A DNA stretch of 64,000 nucleotides, from the IMG/VR virus record IMGVR_UViG_3300009011_000012, positions 1 to 64,000 of that record, one strand, 5' to 3'. This document shows positions 30,631 through 40,136 of this stretch, one piece after another. This stretch comes from a virus. The position numbers and the translations under genes are program-made. The notes under the pieces are model-generated. The model saw nothing but the letters and a program-made list of their open reading frames with translations. It had not been told where the DNA came from and did not search any database. Numbering within the stretch: the stretch's first letter is position 1; every line of letters begins with the position of its first letter.

Positions 30631-30640
30631 CCCTGAAACT

Positions 30641-31348
30641 TCAGAATTCGATAACACTTCCTGCCGCTGACTTCGCAGCTGAGCCCACTGCCCCGGCCGC
30701 TCCAGATAAGATAGCCTCAACCCCAGAACCAGCAGACGTGTATTTCTGAAAGGTGATCGGATAACTCAAAAACTCTGTTACCTGGTCACGTGAGCGGGTG
30801 ATTTCTCCAAGCTGAGTCGGAAATACGCGCATCTCTTCTTCTAGGGTTTTTCCACCTTCTTGAGATACGCGATACAAACGTATATTCATCAGGTATGAAG
30901 GTGGCAAGTTAATTGTGCCATCTCGGTTTGTCACTTTCCCTTTTCGCTCTTTAAACCAGCCCATTATTTTGCCATCCTCTGTATCCCGAACGGTCATCGT
31001 GACGAGCCCAGCGGTAACATGGGTAGGTTTATTGAATTCCACACTACCTATCACCTTACTTTCTGTTTCAATAGTCCCATGCCCATAAGTTATGTCTTTA
31101 ACAAACATGTCAAAGCCATTTAGCCCATCAACATCGACTGTCCACTGCCATCCTTGTGCGTAGCGAATACGCATAGCGGTCGCGACGATATTTTTCCCGT
31201 AGGCAATATCGTCGGCATAATTCCCACGCACACCTGAACCGGAAAGAGCCTTATCAAGGATGTCGCTAATAAGGTTGCTGGTGAAAGATTTAGTATTGAA
31301 GGAAAGAGAACTTGAAAGAGTGCTCTCTAGGCCGCTAAATATCCCCAC
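30641..31348 (-). CDS. tub: Tub (tube-fold baseplate protein)
   Basis: AQGWQWTVDVDGL...KDITY...RDQVTEF resembles P1 Tub. Confidence 0.8.
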   Translation of the reverse strand: MGIFSGLESTLSSSLSFNTKSFTSNLISDILDKALSGSGVRGNYADDIAYGKNIVATAMRIRYAQGWQWTVDVDGLNGFDMFVKDITYGHGTIETESKVIGSVEFNKPTHVTAGLVTMTVRDTEDGKIMGWFKERKGKVTNRDGTINLPPSYLMNIRLYRVSQEGGKTLEEEMRVFPTQLGEITRSRDQVTEFLSYPITFQKYTSAGSGVEAILSGAAGAVGSAAKSAAGSVIEF

Positions 31349-31361
31349 TGTTCCGCCCTCT

Positions 31362-31919
31362 CTATGATGCCGTGGTTGCGCCTGGAATGATGGCTCTGTT
31401 CGATGCCATTTTTTCCTCCATGTCCAAAACTCGCTGGTGGAGCGTTACTTCATCTGGAAGGTCAGAATAATCGAACTTTCCATCTATAGAAGCGCGTCTT
31501 AAGCGTGCAACATTAGGCACTTTTATTAGCGCTTCCAGGTAGTCTTCAATCATACCGATAATAGCTGGGGGTAAATGCCATCCTTCAAAACCACGATCAC
31601 GCAAATTCATAAGATACTGCATTCTGAATGGCCACCGCTCTGAACCTGTAAGATCCAGTTCGATGGTATTCCCTACTTCATCAGAGTAAACGAGTAAGCC
31701 GTGTGCGTCGGTAACATGGATAAGAGCTAAATAGTCATCAGGGCGAGATATAACCGTCCCTCCAGCCTTTTCCAGCTTAACAGTGGCAATGACCCCTGCC
31801 CTATCCTGATATGCTCCCAGCGCCTTTCTGAGAAGGGAATCAAGCGTTTCCTGTTCTCGAACAAGTAAAGGGTTAAAACGGAGCTTTACGTTTTCAAGGA
31901 GCTCGGCGGGCGTTGTCAT
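31362..31919 (-). CDS. pmgC: Head-tail adaptor (PmgC-like)
   Basis: LLRKALGAYQDRAG motif; upstream of tub as in P1. Confidence 0.6.
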   Translation of the reverse strand: MTTPAELLENVKLRFNPLLVREQETLDSLLRKALGAYQDRAGVIATVKLEKAGGTVISRPDDYLALIHVTDAHGLLVYSDEVGNTIELDLTGSERWPFRMQYLMNLRDRGFEGWHLPPAIIGMIEDYLEALIKVPNVARLRRASIDGKFDYSDLPDEVTLHQRVLDMEEKMASNRAIIPGATTAS

Positions 31920-31984
31920 GATATTCCCTGCAAAAGAAGATTAAATGCCTAATAGGCGCTGCGATTAAGCCAGCGCCGATTCTG

Positions 31985-32476
31985 TTACTCAACCCAGTTG
32001 TATACGACGCGCAGTGTCGGACGGACTACGGTCGTGACGTCTTCAGATGAGAAGTCCACTGCATCAGAATAGATTTTGCAGTGGGAGAAGGTACGGATTA
32101 AGCCTTTGTGATCGCCGCTGTTTGACTCGGCGGCTGCTTGAACCGTGACTTCGATATACTTCTTGCCGTAAACAAGCTCTTTGACGGCTGCTAATACAGT
32201 TCCATCGATGGTTTCTGCACAAGTAACCTGATATTCCCCTGAGTTGCGCAGCGTACCGTGCTGGTTGAATTTCATACCACCCGGACCAAAATCTTCTACG
32301 TCTTCACGTGTCATTTCCGGAATCTGAGTGGAGCGCACAAGGATGCTCAGATTGTCGTACCCTTTAAACGTCATCCAAAATTCTGAGCCGATCAGCTTCT
32401 CGCCAGCTGCAATATTTTTGTTGAAGCGAGATTTGAGAAAAGCGGTATCTGCTTTGGTATTCGCAAAACCAGACAT
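31985..32476 (-). CDS. bplB: Tail tube protein BplB
   Basis: QIPEMTREDVED...FNQHG and VRPTLRVVYNW match P1 BplB. Confidence 0.88.
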   Translation of the reverse strand: MSGFANTKADTAFLKSRFNKNIAAGEKLIGSEFWMTFKGYDNLSILVRSTQIPEMTREDVEDFGPGGMKFNQHGTLRNSGEYQVTCAETIDGTVLAAVKELVYGKKYIEVTVQAAAESNSGDHKGLIRTFSHCKIYSDAVDFSSEDVTTVVRPTLRVVYNWVE

Positions 32477-32485
32477 AGAAACTCC

Positions 32486-33079
32486 TTAAATGATAAACAC
32501 AGTGGAAATATTGCTGCGATTGAGTGATGTAATACCGCTGCATTGGAGAGTGACAGTGTTGTGGGAAAAATAGCCCTCTGAGGTTCGTGGAGCATCCAAT
32601 TGATAAGTCACATCTTTAATAACCACTCCTGAGAGAGCTATTGTGCGACCTATATTTAATGTTACTTGCTCTGGACGTCGCCCGAGTGCGGTGTACTCAT
32701 TGAGCTCTGGAGAGCACATTTTTAGTAGTGTTGTGATAGCAGCATTAACTTCTATTTGCGCGTTTTGGGTAGCCATGAGATCAACCGTTAAACTAAACTC
32801 CGGTGGCTGCTGACCTTCCCAGACGAGCATAGAGTTAAAGATCGTCTTTGCTGTAACGCCCGAAGCGGATTGAATAACATTGGCTGTAGCGTCCAGTTTC
32901 TGACTTACAGCCCCCATAATTCCGCTCAATGACTGATTCTCGAACGGTGATTGCCACATAGCTGAAAGCGTGGCTGAGGAGCCATCACCGATATAACCTA
33001 CAACCATATCCTCATCAGTACGGATGTAGATTTTCATGAGAGGGCTAATGCCATCCGGCATGATCGCGCCACATATCAT
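32486..33079 (-). CDS. pmgG: PmgG baseplate/tube initiator
   Basis: NSMLVWEG and VTLNIGR motifs; synteny. Confidence 0.72.
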   Translation of the reverse strand: MICGAIMPDGISPLMKIYIRTDEDMVVGYIGDGSSATLSAMWQSPFENQSLSGIMGAVSQKLDATANVIQSASGVTAKTIFNSMLVWEGQQPPEFSLTVDLMATQNAQIEVNAAITTLLKMCSPELNEYTALGRRPEQVTLNIGRTIALSGVVIKDVTYQLDAPRTSEGYFSHNTVTLQCSGITSLNRSNISTVFII

Positions 33080-33125
33080 CTCCAGACCTCCGAATCAGGC
33101 CATCATTACTGATGGCCTGATATAG

Positions 33126-33836
33126 TTACATGCCGCGTTTCTTGCGCAGCTTCATGGACTTCTTGCGGTGCAAATTCGCAACAGATGTATGAGCCTTACG
33201 GCGAGCCTTCTTCAGTGCCTGTTTCTGCAAAGAGTTAAGGCGACGAGGACGAGGGCGCTTACGAATAATTTTCACCTTGCCGTCACGAACAACCTTTTTA
33301 CGAACGGCTTCGAGCATAGCTGTATCGCCACCCGCAACTGTATACATTGCAATAGCCTCCTCCAGCATGTCTGAATCGTTCCCTGACAGAGCGTCGAAAA
33401 CTCGCTCCGCTGCTGAATCATCCATATCGTCGATCATGTCGGTGACATCATCCTGGTCCGCGCCCATGGACACTGCTGCATCAGCCAGCGAGGCTAATGC
33501 AGCGTTATAGGCATCAACTTGTTCATCGGTGAAATCAGCATCTTCATCTACACCATCAAGCCCCGCCATAATAATGGCCAAAGCATCAAAGGCGTCGGCT
33601 TCGGGATCATCATCCTCCAACCATTGCGCGATCATCGACGCGGCGAGGCCACGCTCATCGCCTTTGGCGCGCGCGCTAACAGCTTCCAGCATTAAGGCTT
33701 CACCATCTTTAGGCTGCTCCTGCTCTCCCGGTTTACGCTCTCCTGCGCTTTCAAGCATTGCCTTATCGTCAGAACCCGGCACGGTGGCACCAAAAAGAAC
33801 ACGAGCCAGGGGATTAGCGATTGTGAAATTTTTCAT
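33126..33836 (-). CDS. 21: gp21 head-associated protein (basic C-terminal tail)
   Basis: Acidic body with repeated MLE motifs; KKVVRDGK...ALKKARRKAHT tail; synteny. Confidence 0.75.
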   Translation of the reverse strand: MKNFTIANPLARVLFGATVPGSDDKAMLESAGERKPGEQEQPKDGEALMLEAVSARAKGDERGLAASMIAQWLEDDDPEADAFDALAIIMAGLDGVDEDADFTDEQVDAYNAALASLADAAVSMGADQDDVTDMIDDMDDSAAERVFDALSGNDSDMLEEAIAMYTVAGGDTAMLEAVRKKVVRDGKVKIIRKRPRPRRLNSLQKQALKKARRKAHTSVANLHRKKSMKLRKKRGM

Positions 33837-33876
33837 GTTTTATCTCTTAACGGCCGCCCGGAGGGCGGCTCATGGT

Positions 33877-35487
33877 TTATCGCATAAGGATTGGTTTACC
33901 GATGATGCGGCGCGCTGAACCGGTAGGGCACACTGCCCATTCGACTTGCCAGTAATCGCTCTCCAGTTGAGCCACAGTGATTACAAATGGCTCTTCGCCC
34001 TGAGACTTATCTCGGGGCTTTACCAGTGCACCTGCTGAATAGAAGCGCTCCAGTAATTCGGTCATGCCTTTCGTGAGTGACTCTTGGGTAACACCGTCCG
34101 GCTCGTGCTTGATAGCTTCAGCGAGCTCATAGAAGTTACGGGCGATGGCATTCATCAAGGAGGAGACGTGTTGGAAGCGAAGGTAGTTCTTTTTGGTAAA
34201 CGTGGTCAGCGCGTCATCAATATAAACATCACCGCTGGCCGACACTTTTACAGGATTGATTCGTGCCGTAACGAAAGCTTCCAGGTCGATAGCATCGAGG
34301 TTTGGAATCTTGGTGATGTTTTGACGATCGATAATGCCTCGGGATGTCCCCGCAGGGGAATAATGCCAGCCACCGACATCTGGTACCATCGCAACGCCTT
34401 TCGCTTTAGCTACAAAAGCGTCACAGCTAATACCGAAGACAACCTGCATGCCAGTTGCACTGTCTTTACAGGAATAAGGGAAGTAGTAGCGTGCGGGCTG
34501 GTGTGAACCACCAAAGCCATGACCTTTGGCTTCGGTGATCGCAGCTGCAGCTGTCTGATTGCCTGAAAGATCATAGAAGAAGTCGACGCGAACTGCTTCT
34601 GCCAGGTCCTTCAGTGCAGCTAGTACAGTTGAGTCGTAACAACCCAGCGAGAGAATGGCAGTTACATTGATCGGGGCTTGTTCCAGAATAGCCAGTGCTT
34701 TCAGGTATTCTTCAGCAGTAACTTTCGAGAACGTGCCATCAGAACCACCCACGAACGCCACATCTGTGAACGTAATGCCTGTGAACAAATCATCTTTATC
34801 ATCACTGGTGATCACGCAACCTAGGCGGGTAGACATGCTTTCCAACATGGTTTGCAACCATGCTGGTTGGCCCATATCGTTGACGGCCTCTGGGTTGAAA
34901 GAAACCTGATGAGTTTCGAGTTGTTCCACAGAACCATCCGATTGGGTTTCTTTTAGCGTCAGGTTGAGAAGGTCGCTATCCTCATCACTATCAAGCGAAA
35001 TTGTACGATTGCCTGAAGCCTCGCCGTCTTTGATGTAAATGATGGCCAGTTCGCCATCCTTAAGTGCTGGTGTTTCGTGGGGACCAAACTGAGCCCCTTT
35101 TAACACGTACTCACCCAGAACGGTGAAGGATTCGCCTTCTTCAACCTGGTTTTCTTCCCCAGAAGCCTTAGAAATGATGATGCCCGGGACCTTCATATCT
35201 GAAGGGCAAACGCGCACTACATAACCATCGCCACCTTTAACCGCCTGCTGGACGTGACGGAATGGCTCGAATGCCGAACCCAGTCGAGGATGGATTGGTG
35301 TTCCAAGCACATCCTTATAGTTCGATGCTGTGACCTGTAGCACCTTACCCGGCGCGCCACGGCGAGAAATCACCAGACCAGCGAAAACGGAGCTGCCGCC
35401 GCTGCCGGTGGATAGGGTCGCATCAGCGTTAACAGGCATAATGCCGACGCCAGCTGCTTGCCCTACTGAATATCCGATCTTATTCAT
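33877..35487 (-). CDS. 22: Tail sheath protein gp22
   Basis: DVGGWHYSPAG, NYLRFQHVSSLMNAI and CPTGSARRI match the P1 sheath. Confidence 0.93.
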   Translation of the reverse strand: MNKIGYSVGQAAGVGIMPVNADATLSTGSGGSSVFAGLVISRRGAPGKVLQVTASNYKDVLGTPIHPRLGSAFEPFRHVQQAVKGGDGYVVRVCPSDMKVPGIIISKASGEENQVEEGESFTVLGEYVLKGAQFGPHETPALKDGELAIIYIKDGEASGNRTISLDSDEDSDLLNLTLKETQSDGSVEQLETHQVSFNPEAVNDMGQPAWLQTMLESMSTRLGCVITSDDKDDLFTGITFTDVAFVGGSDGTFSKVTAEEYLKALAILEQAPINVTAILSLGCYDSTVLAALKDLAEAVRVDFFYDLSGNQTAAAAITEAKGHGFGGSHQPARYYFPYSCKDSATGMQVVFGISCDAFVAKAKGVAMVPDVGGWHYSPAGTSRGIIDRQNITKIPNLDAIDLEAFVTARINPVKVSASGDVYIDDALTTFTKKNYLRFQHVSSLMNAIARNFYELAEAIKHEPDGVTQESLTKGMTELLERFYSAGALVKPRDKSQGEEPFVITVAQLESDYWQVEWAVCPTGSARRIIGKPILMR

Positions 35488-35552
35488 TGCACTTACCCCT
35501 TCGGCGTGCGATTTGAACTTAAAACATTTCCCCCTCATGCGAGGGAGGAAAA

Positions 35553-35831
35553 TTATTCGCCTACGGTGAAGGTGTCACCCACGGTAGCGTCTTGTTTTTC
35601 GCTATCCACGCTGACGCCCTCTACGGTAACTACTGCCGCTTTAACCACAACCTTATGAGTAACGGTGTGGCCACCATCAGCAGTTGTAATAGTCAGTTCG
35701 GCTTCGCCAGGACCTTCTGCTTTACATTTATTGTTTTTACCCACAGATACGACCGCAGGGTTACTTGATACGACAGTAATGGCCTTGTTGGTGGCGTTTT
35801 CAGGGAAAACGGAAACTTTGATATCTGGCAT
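35553..35831 (-). CDS. Ig-like (Big_2) protein, circularly permuted
   Basis: Own RBS AGGAG; V.PENATNK..T..SS.P.V.SV...G.A..T.TT.DG core, with the usual first strands (V.GVSV...VGDTF) at the C-terminus. Confidence 0.85.
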   Translation of the reverse strand: MPDIKVSVFPENATNKAITVVSSNPAVVSVGKNNKCKAEGPGEAELTITTADGGHTVTHKVVVKAAVVTVEGVSVDSEKQDATVGDTFTVGE

Positions 35832-35842
35832 TTTGTTCTCCT

Positions 35843-35863
35843 AACGCCCCATAAGGGGGCGTT
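35843..35863. terminator. Hairpin between gene 23 and the Ig gene
   Basis: AACGCCCC-ATAAG-GGGGCGTT; no U-tract; abuts the RBS. Confidence 0.45.
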
Positions 35864-35883
35864 GTAAATAGACGTTTTATGGC

Positions 35884-35964
35884 TTACTCAATTGCGAACG
35901 AGTCACCCTCAGATAACTCCTGGCCGTCAGATGAAACTGAAACGCCAGTTACTCCGACTTTTTT
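35884..35964 (-). other. Candidate programmed -1 frameshift site and capsid C-terminal extension
   Basis: GAA AAA AAG TCG GAG TAA ends gene 23; the -1 frame reads VGVTGVSVSSDGQELSEGDSFAIE*. Confidence 0.75.
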
Positions 35965-37691
35965 TCTTCTTCATCCGTGGTTTCCCCTGGATTTGATGCT
36001 GAGGAGTTAATCTGGCCTGTCAGCATGTTGATCGCGCCTTCTTTGGAGTGCGTCAGACGTAAACGTGCGAAATAGTTTTCACCGTTACGAGGGTGAACAT
36101 CATTGATTGCTGAACCCCACAGAGTTGTACGGTTAACCAGGCTCGGGTTGGTTTCGTGGACGTAAGGAATTGCTGCTACTGCATCACCGGCGATCAGACC
36201 TGCTTTGCCGATATCGTTGCCGCGACCGTAGAAATAGATGTCATCCAGGCCAAGGTCATAACCCTGTTTCTGGAACTGCTCGCAAACTGGAGTAGGGACT
36301 TCGTAAATGCGGATAGATCCAAAAAGGGTACCGATGTACTGAATGTACGGAGATTGGACATAACCCGGGGCCAGCTGGAAATGCTGAGGTGGTAGTGAGC
36401 GCAGGAAGTTAGCTGCATCGCCACCAGCGAAGCCACCGCGAATACCTGAAGCCAGGGTGCGGTTAGCCATATCCTGGGACAAAGCATTCACAACATGGCG
36501 CATCAGACTTACCCATGATTCATAGCTTTGTGCTTCTGGAAGAGCAGCATCGAATTCACGGCCATACACGGTATGGAAAACCAGCGTGCGAAGGCGCATT
36601 ACATCTTGTTCATGGCTGAGCCACTGGCGCATTGCTGAGAACTGAGTCGCAGCCATGTTAATACCAAATTCACGGCTGGCATCAGACGCGGACATGATGG
36701 TGTGTTCAGATGCAACAACATACTGAGACGGCTTAACTTTGTAGTTACGCATCGCCTGGTTGATGACGGGGATCAGGTTAGGAGCGCGCTCGATGTTGAT
36801 CTCAACCTGTACTGCAAGCTCGGTACCTTCCGCTGGTGCATCGGTAAAGGTGATATCAATTACACCGGTGTCGTATGCCACCTTCGCAGTAGCAGCAAAC
36901 AGATTGCCTTTGCTATCCGAACCGTTGAAATACAGATTGCCGTCACCATCGTCAACTTTCGATGGTTTACGATTGATTAACAGCTTGTTATAGCCAGCAC
37001 GGATAGGGCAGTTTTGTCCTTCAAAGTCCTTAATATCGAACTTGAAAACTTTGGTTACACCATCGCCTTTTGCCGCCAGCTGGTACAGTCGTTTCATCTG
37101 ACTGTAGACGCCAGCGCTTTGCATATTCAATTCATCGCCTGGCTTGAAAGTGCCAAAATTGGTGCCTGCGATGTTGATGAGTTCGTAGATGTCTGATTCA
37201 TCACGTTCGCATGGGATGAAAGTGCAGGCATCGCTTGTGGCTGCGCCCAGGGCAGCTGGCAGAATCAGCGCTGCAAATTGAGCGATGCGCATAACACCAT
37301 CAGAACTGCGCATGGATTCAGCAGCGGACTCGAACATCGCCTTACCGGTGCCGCTATGCTTATCTTTAGCGCATTCTGTCATAAGGTTTTCGAGCGCGAC
37401 GTGACAGTTTGCCAGCACGTCTACAGCCGGGTAACGGCCGTGCTCTTGTTTATACTGGTGCATAGCCATAGCCCAGCCACCTGCAATTTGCAGGGCTGCA
37501 TCAGGATCGACACCTTCGAACATTGGCACCTTTTGCACTGCTGAGGTAAGGCTCGCCGTCATGGCGGCTTCATCGGCAATCAAATTGCCTGCACCGTCGG
37601 TGATTGGTTCGATAGTCATCGCCATGACGGAAGCCGCCCGACTCATCATTTCTTTCTCGCGTTTGCGAGCTGGCTGAATATCTTTATTCAC
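35949..37691 (-). CDS. 23: Major capsid protein gp23
   Basis: 580 aa; AGLIAGDAV and NRTTLWGSAIND.HPRNG match P1 gp23. Confidence 0.93.
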   Translation of the reverse strand: MNKDIQPARKREKEMMSRAASVMAMTIEPITDGAGNLIADEAAMTASLTSAVQKVPMFEGVDPDAALQIAGGWAMAMHQYKQEHGRYPAVDVLANCHVALENLMTECAKDKHSGTGKAMFESAAESMRSSDGVMRIAQFAALILPAALGAATSDACTFIPCERDESDIYELINIAGTNFGTFKPGDELNMQSAGVYSQMKRLYQLAAKGDGVTKVFKFDIKDFEGQNCPIRAGYNKLLINRKPSKVDDGDGNLYFNGSDSKGNLFAATAKVAYDTGVIDITFTDAPAEGTELAVQVEINIERAPNLIPVINQAMRNYKVKPSQYVVASEHTIMSASDASREFGINMAATQFSAMRQWLSHEQDVMRLRTLVFHTVYGREFDAALPEAQSYESWVSLMRHVVNALSQDMANRTLASGIRGGFAGGDAANFLRSLPPQHFQLAPGYVQSPYIQYIGTLFGSIRIYEVPTPVCEQFQKQGYDLGLDDIYFYGRGNDIGKAGLIAGDAVAAIPYVHETNPSLVNRTTLWGSAINDVHPRNGENYFARLRLTHSKEGAINMLTGQINSSASNPGETTDEEEKKSE

Positions 37692-37836
37692 TGTTTAGCC
37701 CTAAATTCGGGCGCGGCGTGAAAGTTCTTTTGACAGGCTTAATCTAATAACCTTGTTATATAGTCAAGACTGTCAAAAAGTTTAAATTGCTTGAAAAATC
37801 TCTCGTTTTAGATCTAAGATTGAAAATCAGTTAGTA

Positions 37837-37847
37837 ATTTTCTAACA
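37837..37847 (+). promoter_or_regulatory. Candidate repressor operator ATTTTCTAACA (copy 1 of 6)
   Basis: Exact 11-mer repeated upstream of non-structural units. Confidence 0.6.
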
Positions 37848-37866
37848 TAAAAAGTGAGAGCAATTG

Positions 37867-38262
37867 ATGGGATACAATATTTTTCTAACTTATCCTGGAG
37901 GGTCACAGAGTCACAAAATGAAGACTCTGTGCCGTGCCAGAGCGCAAGCTCACCTGCAAAAAATCCTTGATGATGCCGAGCTCCTGGCTATGGCGGAAAA
38001 GCTCACTATTCGCCATTCTGGCCGCAAGATTTTGGATATAGCGACAAGTAAGCCTGTTGATGAAATCCAAAATGCGATCGAGTGGCCAGCTGTTGGTGCG
38101 CAACGGAAAGTTAAACAGCCTGTAGCAGCCACTCTATATATGCCTGAGGCAGTCCGAGACTGGCTAAAGGGGGAGGGTAATGGGAATGTTAGCGCAGGAT
38201 TTCGTAAAGTGATGCAGAAGCAAAACCCGGCATTAAGTGACGAATGGGTTAAATCTAAGTGA
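37867..38262 (+). CDS. upfA: UpfA-like protein with C-terminal ribbon-helix-helix
   Basis: YNIFLTYP.G..SH; PVAATLYMPE...SAGFRK. Confidence 0.65.
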   Translation: MGYNIFLTYPGGSQSHKMKTLCRARAQAHLQKILDDAELLAMAEKLTIRHSGRKILDIATSKPVDEIQNAIEWPAVGAQRKVKQPVAATLYMPEAVRDWLKGEGNGNVSAGFRKVMQKQNPALSDEWVKSK

Positions 38263-38717
38263 GTCACGTCAATCCATCCCGAACACAATACCGCCTTATG
38301 CTGGCAATAGCCTCCGCTATACCCACTAGCCTGAATCCTCCTCTGGGCTGGCCTGCTGTAGTGGATGACTGTGGCCAGTATTACGGTTCCGATATTTTTG
38401 GGGAAACGAAGGCTCTCGCGCAGCTCTGCAAGGCTGGGGTATTGCATTGCATCGGTGAGCCGGATGATTTCGTTGTTCAACTGGCAGATCGGGATTCCTT
38501 CTTATTGTCGTGGAAGTCCGGTGCACGTGAGGCAGGTTTAGGTAATGGCATAGGGTACATTGATTATAGTGATTGTCCTTTGGCCTTTGCTGCTGGTTAC
38601 ATGCACTGGCATAACCGGTGTAAGGGAAGGGTGCGTGAATATAGGATCAGCGAGTTCCATGTTTGCCACGGCTTCGAAGAGGCTGACAACCAAGACATAT
38701 GGCTACAAGAGCCTTAG
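38259..38717 (+). CDS. Hypothetical protein
   Basis: 152 aa, coupled to upfA. Confidence 0.65.
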   Translation: MSHVNPSRTQYRLMLAIASAIPTSLNPPLGWPAVVDDCGQYYGSDIFGETKALAQLCKAGVLHCIGEPDDFVVQLADRDSFLLSWKSGAREAGLGNGIGYIDYSDCPLAFAAGYMHWHNRCKGRVREYRISEFHVCHGFEEADNQDIWLQEP

Positions 38718-38727
38718 TTGAAGCTAC

Positions 38728-38753
38728 ATAAAAGGCCGCATAGCGGCCTTTTT
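38728..38753. terminator. Bidirectional terminator
   Basis: AAAAAGGCCGC-ATA-GCGGCCTTTTT. Confidence 0.8.
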
Positions 38754-38754
38754 G

Positions 38755-39066
38755 TTATTGGAAAGCTTCTTTGTTGCGTTTGTTTATCAGAAAATTTCGT
38801 TCGTTACACTCATCAACTTTGGTGAAGATTGTTTCCGTGTACGCCGGATACTGGTTAAACAAGATGGGAGAGTTTTCAGGAACTATGCACGGTTGGTAAT
38901 CCATCACCGTTGCCATGTGCTTGCTGTTCGTTGTTATCGTAACCTTCACGGGCTCTACGGTTGATTTCTTTTGCCCGGTCCCGCTGCATCCGGATAACGT
39001 CATCAGGAACAGGCTCATCACTAACACCGGCATTGAGAAGTGCTTTTTCCAGACGGTTGATTTCAT
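38755..39066 (-). CDS. mlp: Outer-membrane lipoprotein, o-spanin-like (P1 Mlp)
   Basis: Lipobox LSGC; overlaps the 3' end of the i-spanin-like gene. Confidence 0.7.
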   Translation of the reverse strand: MKSTVWKKHFSMPVLVMSLFLMTLSGCSGTGQKKSTVEPVKVTITTNSKHMATVMDYQPCIVPENSPILFNQYPAYTETIFTKVDECNERNFLINKRNKEAFQ

Positions 39067-39352
39067 CCCGGCTTTTCTCCTGTTGTTTGGAAAGTTTGAT
39101 TTCTAAATCTGCAACTTTTTGTTGGTAGTTTTGCTCAACACTATTCAGCCGCTTTCGCTCTTCGAGCTCTGCTTTCCTTTGAGCCTCGCTGAGGTTCAAA
39201 GCGCCTTCCAGAGTGCTTACATTTGTATTTAAGGTCGAATTTGCGGCCTCAAGTCTCTCTATGTAGTCAAAGTGGTCGGATACTGCATTCACGGTCTTAT
39301 AGCCTGCAAATAACAGAAGCATGGCCACAACTGCGATGATGGTGTTTTTCAA
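38876..39352 (-). CDS. ppfA: i-spanin-like protein (P1 PpfA)
   Basis: N-terminal TM, coiled coil and VPDDVIR motif. Confidence 0.7.
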   Translation of the reverse strand: MKNTIIAVVAMLLLFAGYKTVNAVSDHFDYIERLEAANSTLNTNVSTLEGALNLSEAQRKAELEERKRLNSVEQNYQQKVADLEIKLSKQQEKSRDEINRLEKALLNAGVSDEPVPDDVIRMQRDRAKEINRRAREGYDNNEQQAHGNGDGLPTVHSS

Positions 39353-39353
39353 G

Positions 39354-40136
39354 TTATTCCTCCTTCAGAGATTCGATTACACCAGCGGGCATCAGCAGGC
39401 TTAATGCAGGTAAGATGGCCTGATTAGTCATCATTGAGCCTGTTAGGGTTATAGCTACTGCGTTATGCAGACTGGCAGCCGCGAGCACTGTCGATTCACT
39501 GATTTTTGAAGCCGCTATTTGTGTCGCAGCGGTCGCTGTTAAGATCTCGTCGGTTACGGCCGCAGCGGTTTCTACGGCGGTTTTCAGCGCCAATATCTCT
39601 TCGTCGGTTAAAGAAGGCGGCACCGGCGCACCACCAGCTCCAGCACCTCCCTCTGTGCCGGTAGTCGTACCGTTTGAAAGCTTATTGTTTATGGCTGTCA
39701 TGGACGCCTGCAACTCGTCGATGTTGAATTCATTCACGCTCATTTTAAGCGACCGGGGTATGCCTTCGTCTCCCATACCGGCAACGAGAGGGAATGGTTC
39801 ACTCACAGGTAACGAAGCTGCTTTTACATGGCATTCCCAACCCAGCTTCATCTGTAAGAGGTCAGACGGCGTGCAATATGGAGATATGGCTCCTGCAAGT
39901 GCGCTTGCAGCATTAGCTGCTTGCGTAATGATCTCTGTGAACGCTGGAAGCTGAGACGTATACGCACTGACCGAAGGTGGGTAAGACATTCCAGGTTGAA
40001 TAAGCGTTCCGATAGTTGTCGCCAAGTTAGTAGCGGCATCTTCAGCTTCTCTGCTTAATTTGACAGTTGCAGGCGTATTTAAGCCTGCCTGATTAAGGAT
40101 ATTGAAGGCATCAATCTGGCCTTGGGTATCGAGCAT
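39354..40136 (-). CDS. upfB: UpfB-like putative virion protein
   Basis: 260 aa, Ala-rich; between the PAAR and spanin genes as in P1. Confidence 0.6.
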   Translation of the reverse strand: MLDTQGQIDAFNILNQAGLNTPATVKLSREAEDAATNLATTIGTLIQPGMSYPPSVSAYTSQLPAFTEIITQAANAASALAGAISPYCTPSDLLQMKLGWECHVKAASLPVSEPFPLVAGMGDEGIPRSLKMSVNEFNIDELQASMTAINNKLSNGTTTGTEGGAGAGGAPVPPSLTDEEILALKTAVETAAAVTDEILTATAATQIAASKISESTVLAAASLHNAVAITLTGSMMTNQAILPALSLLMPAGVIESLKEE

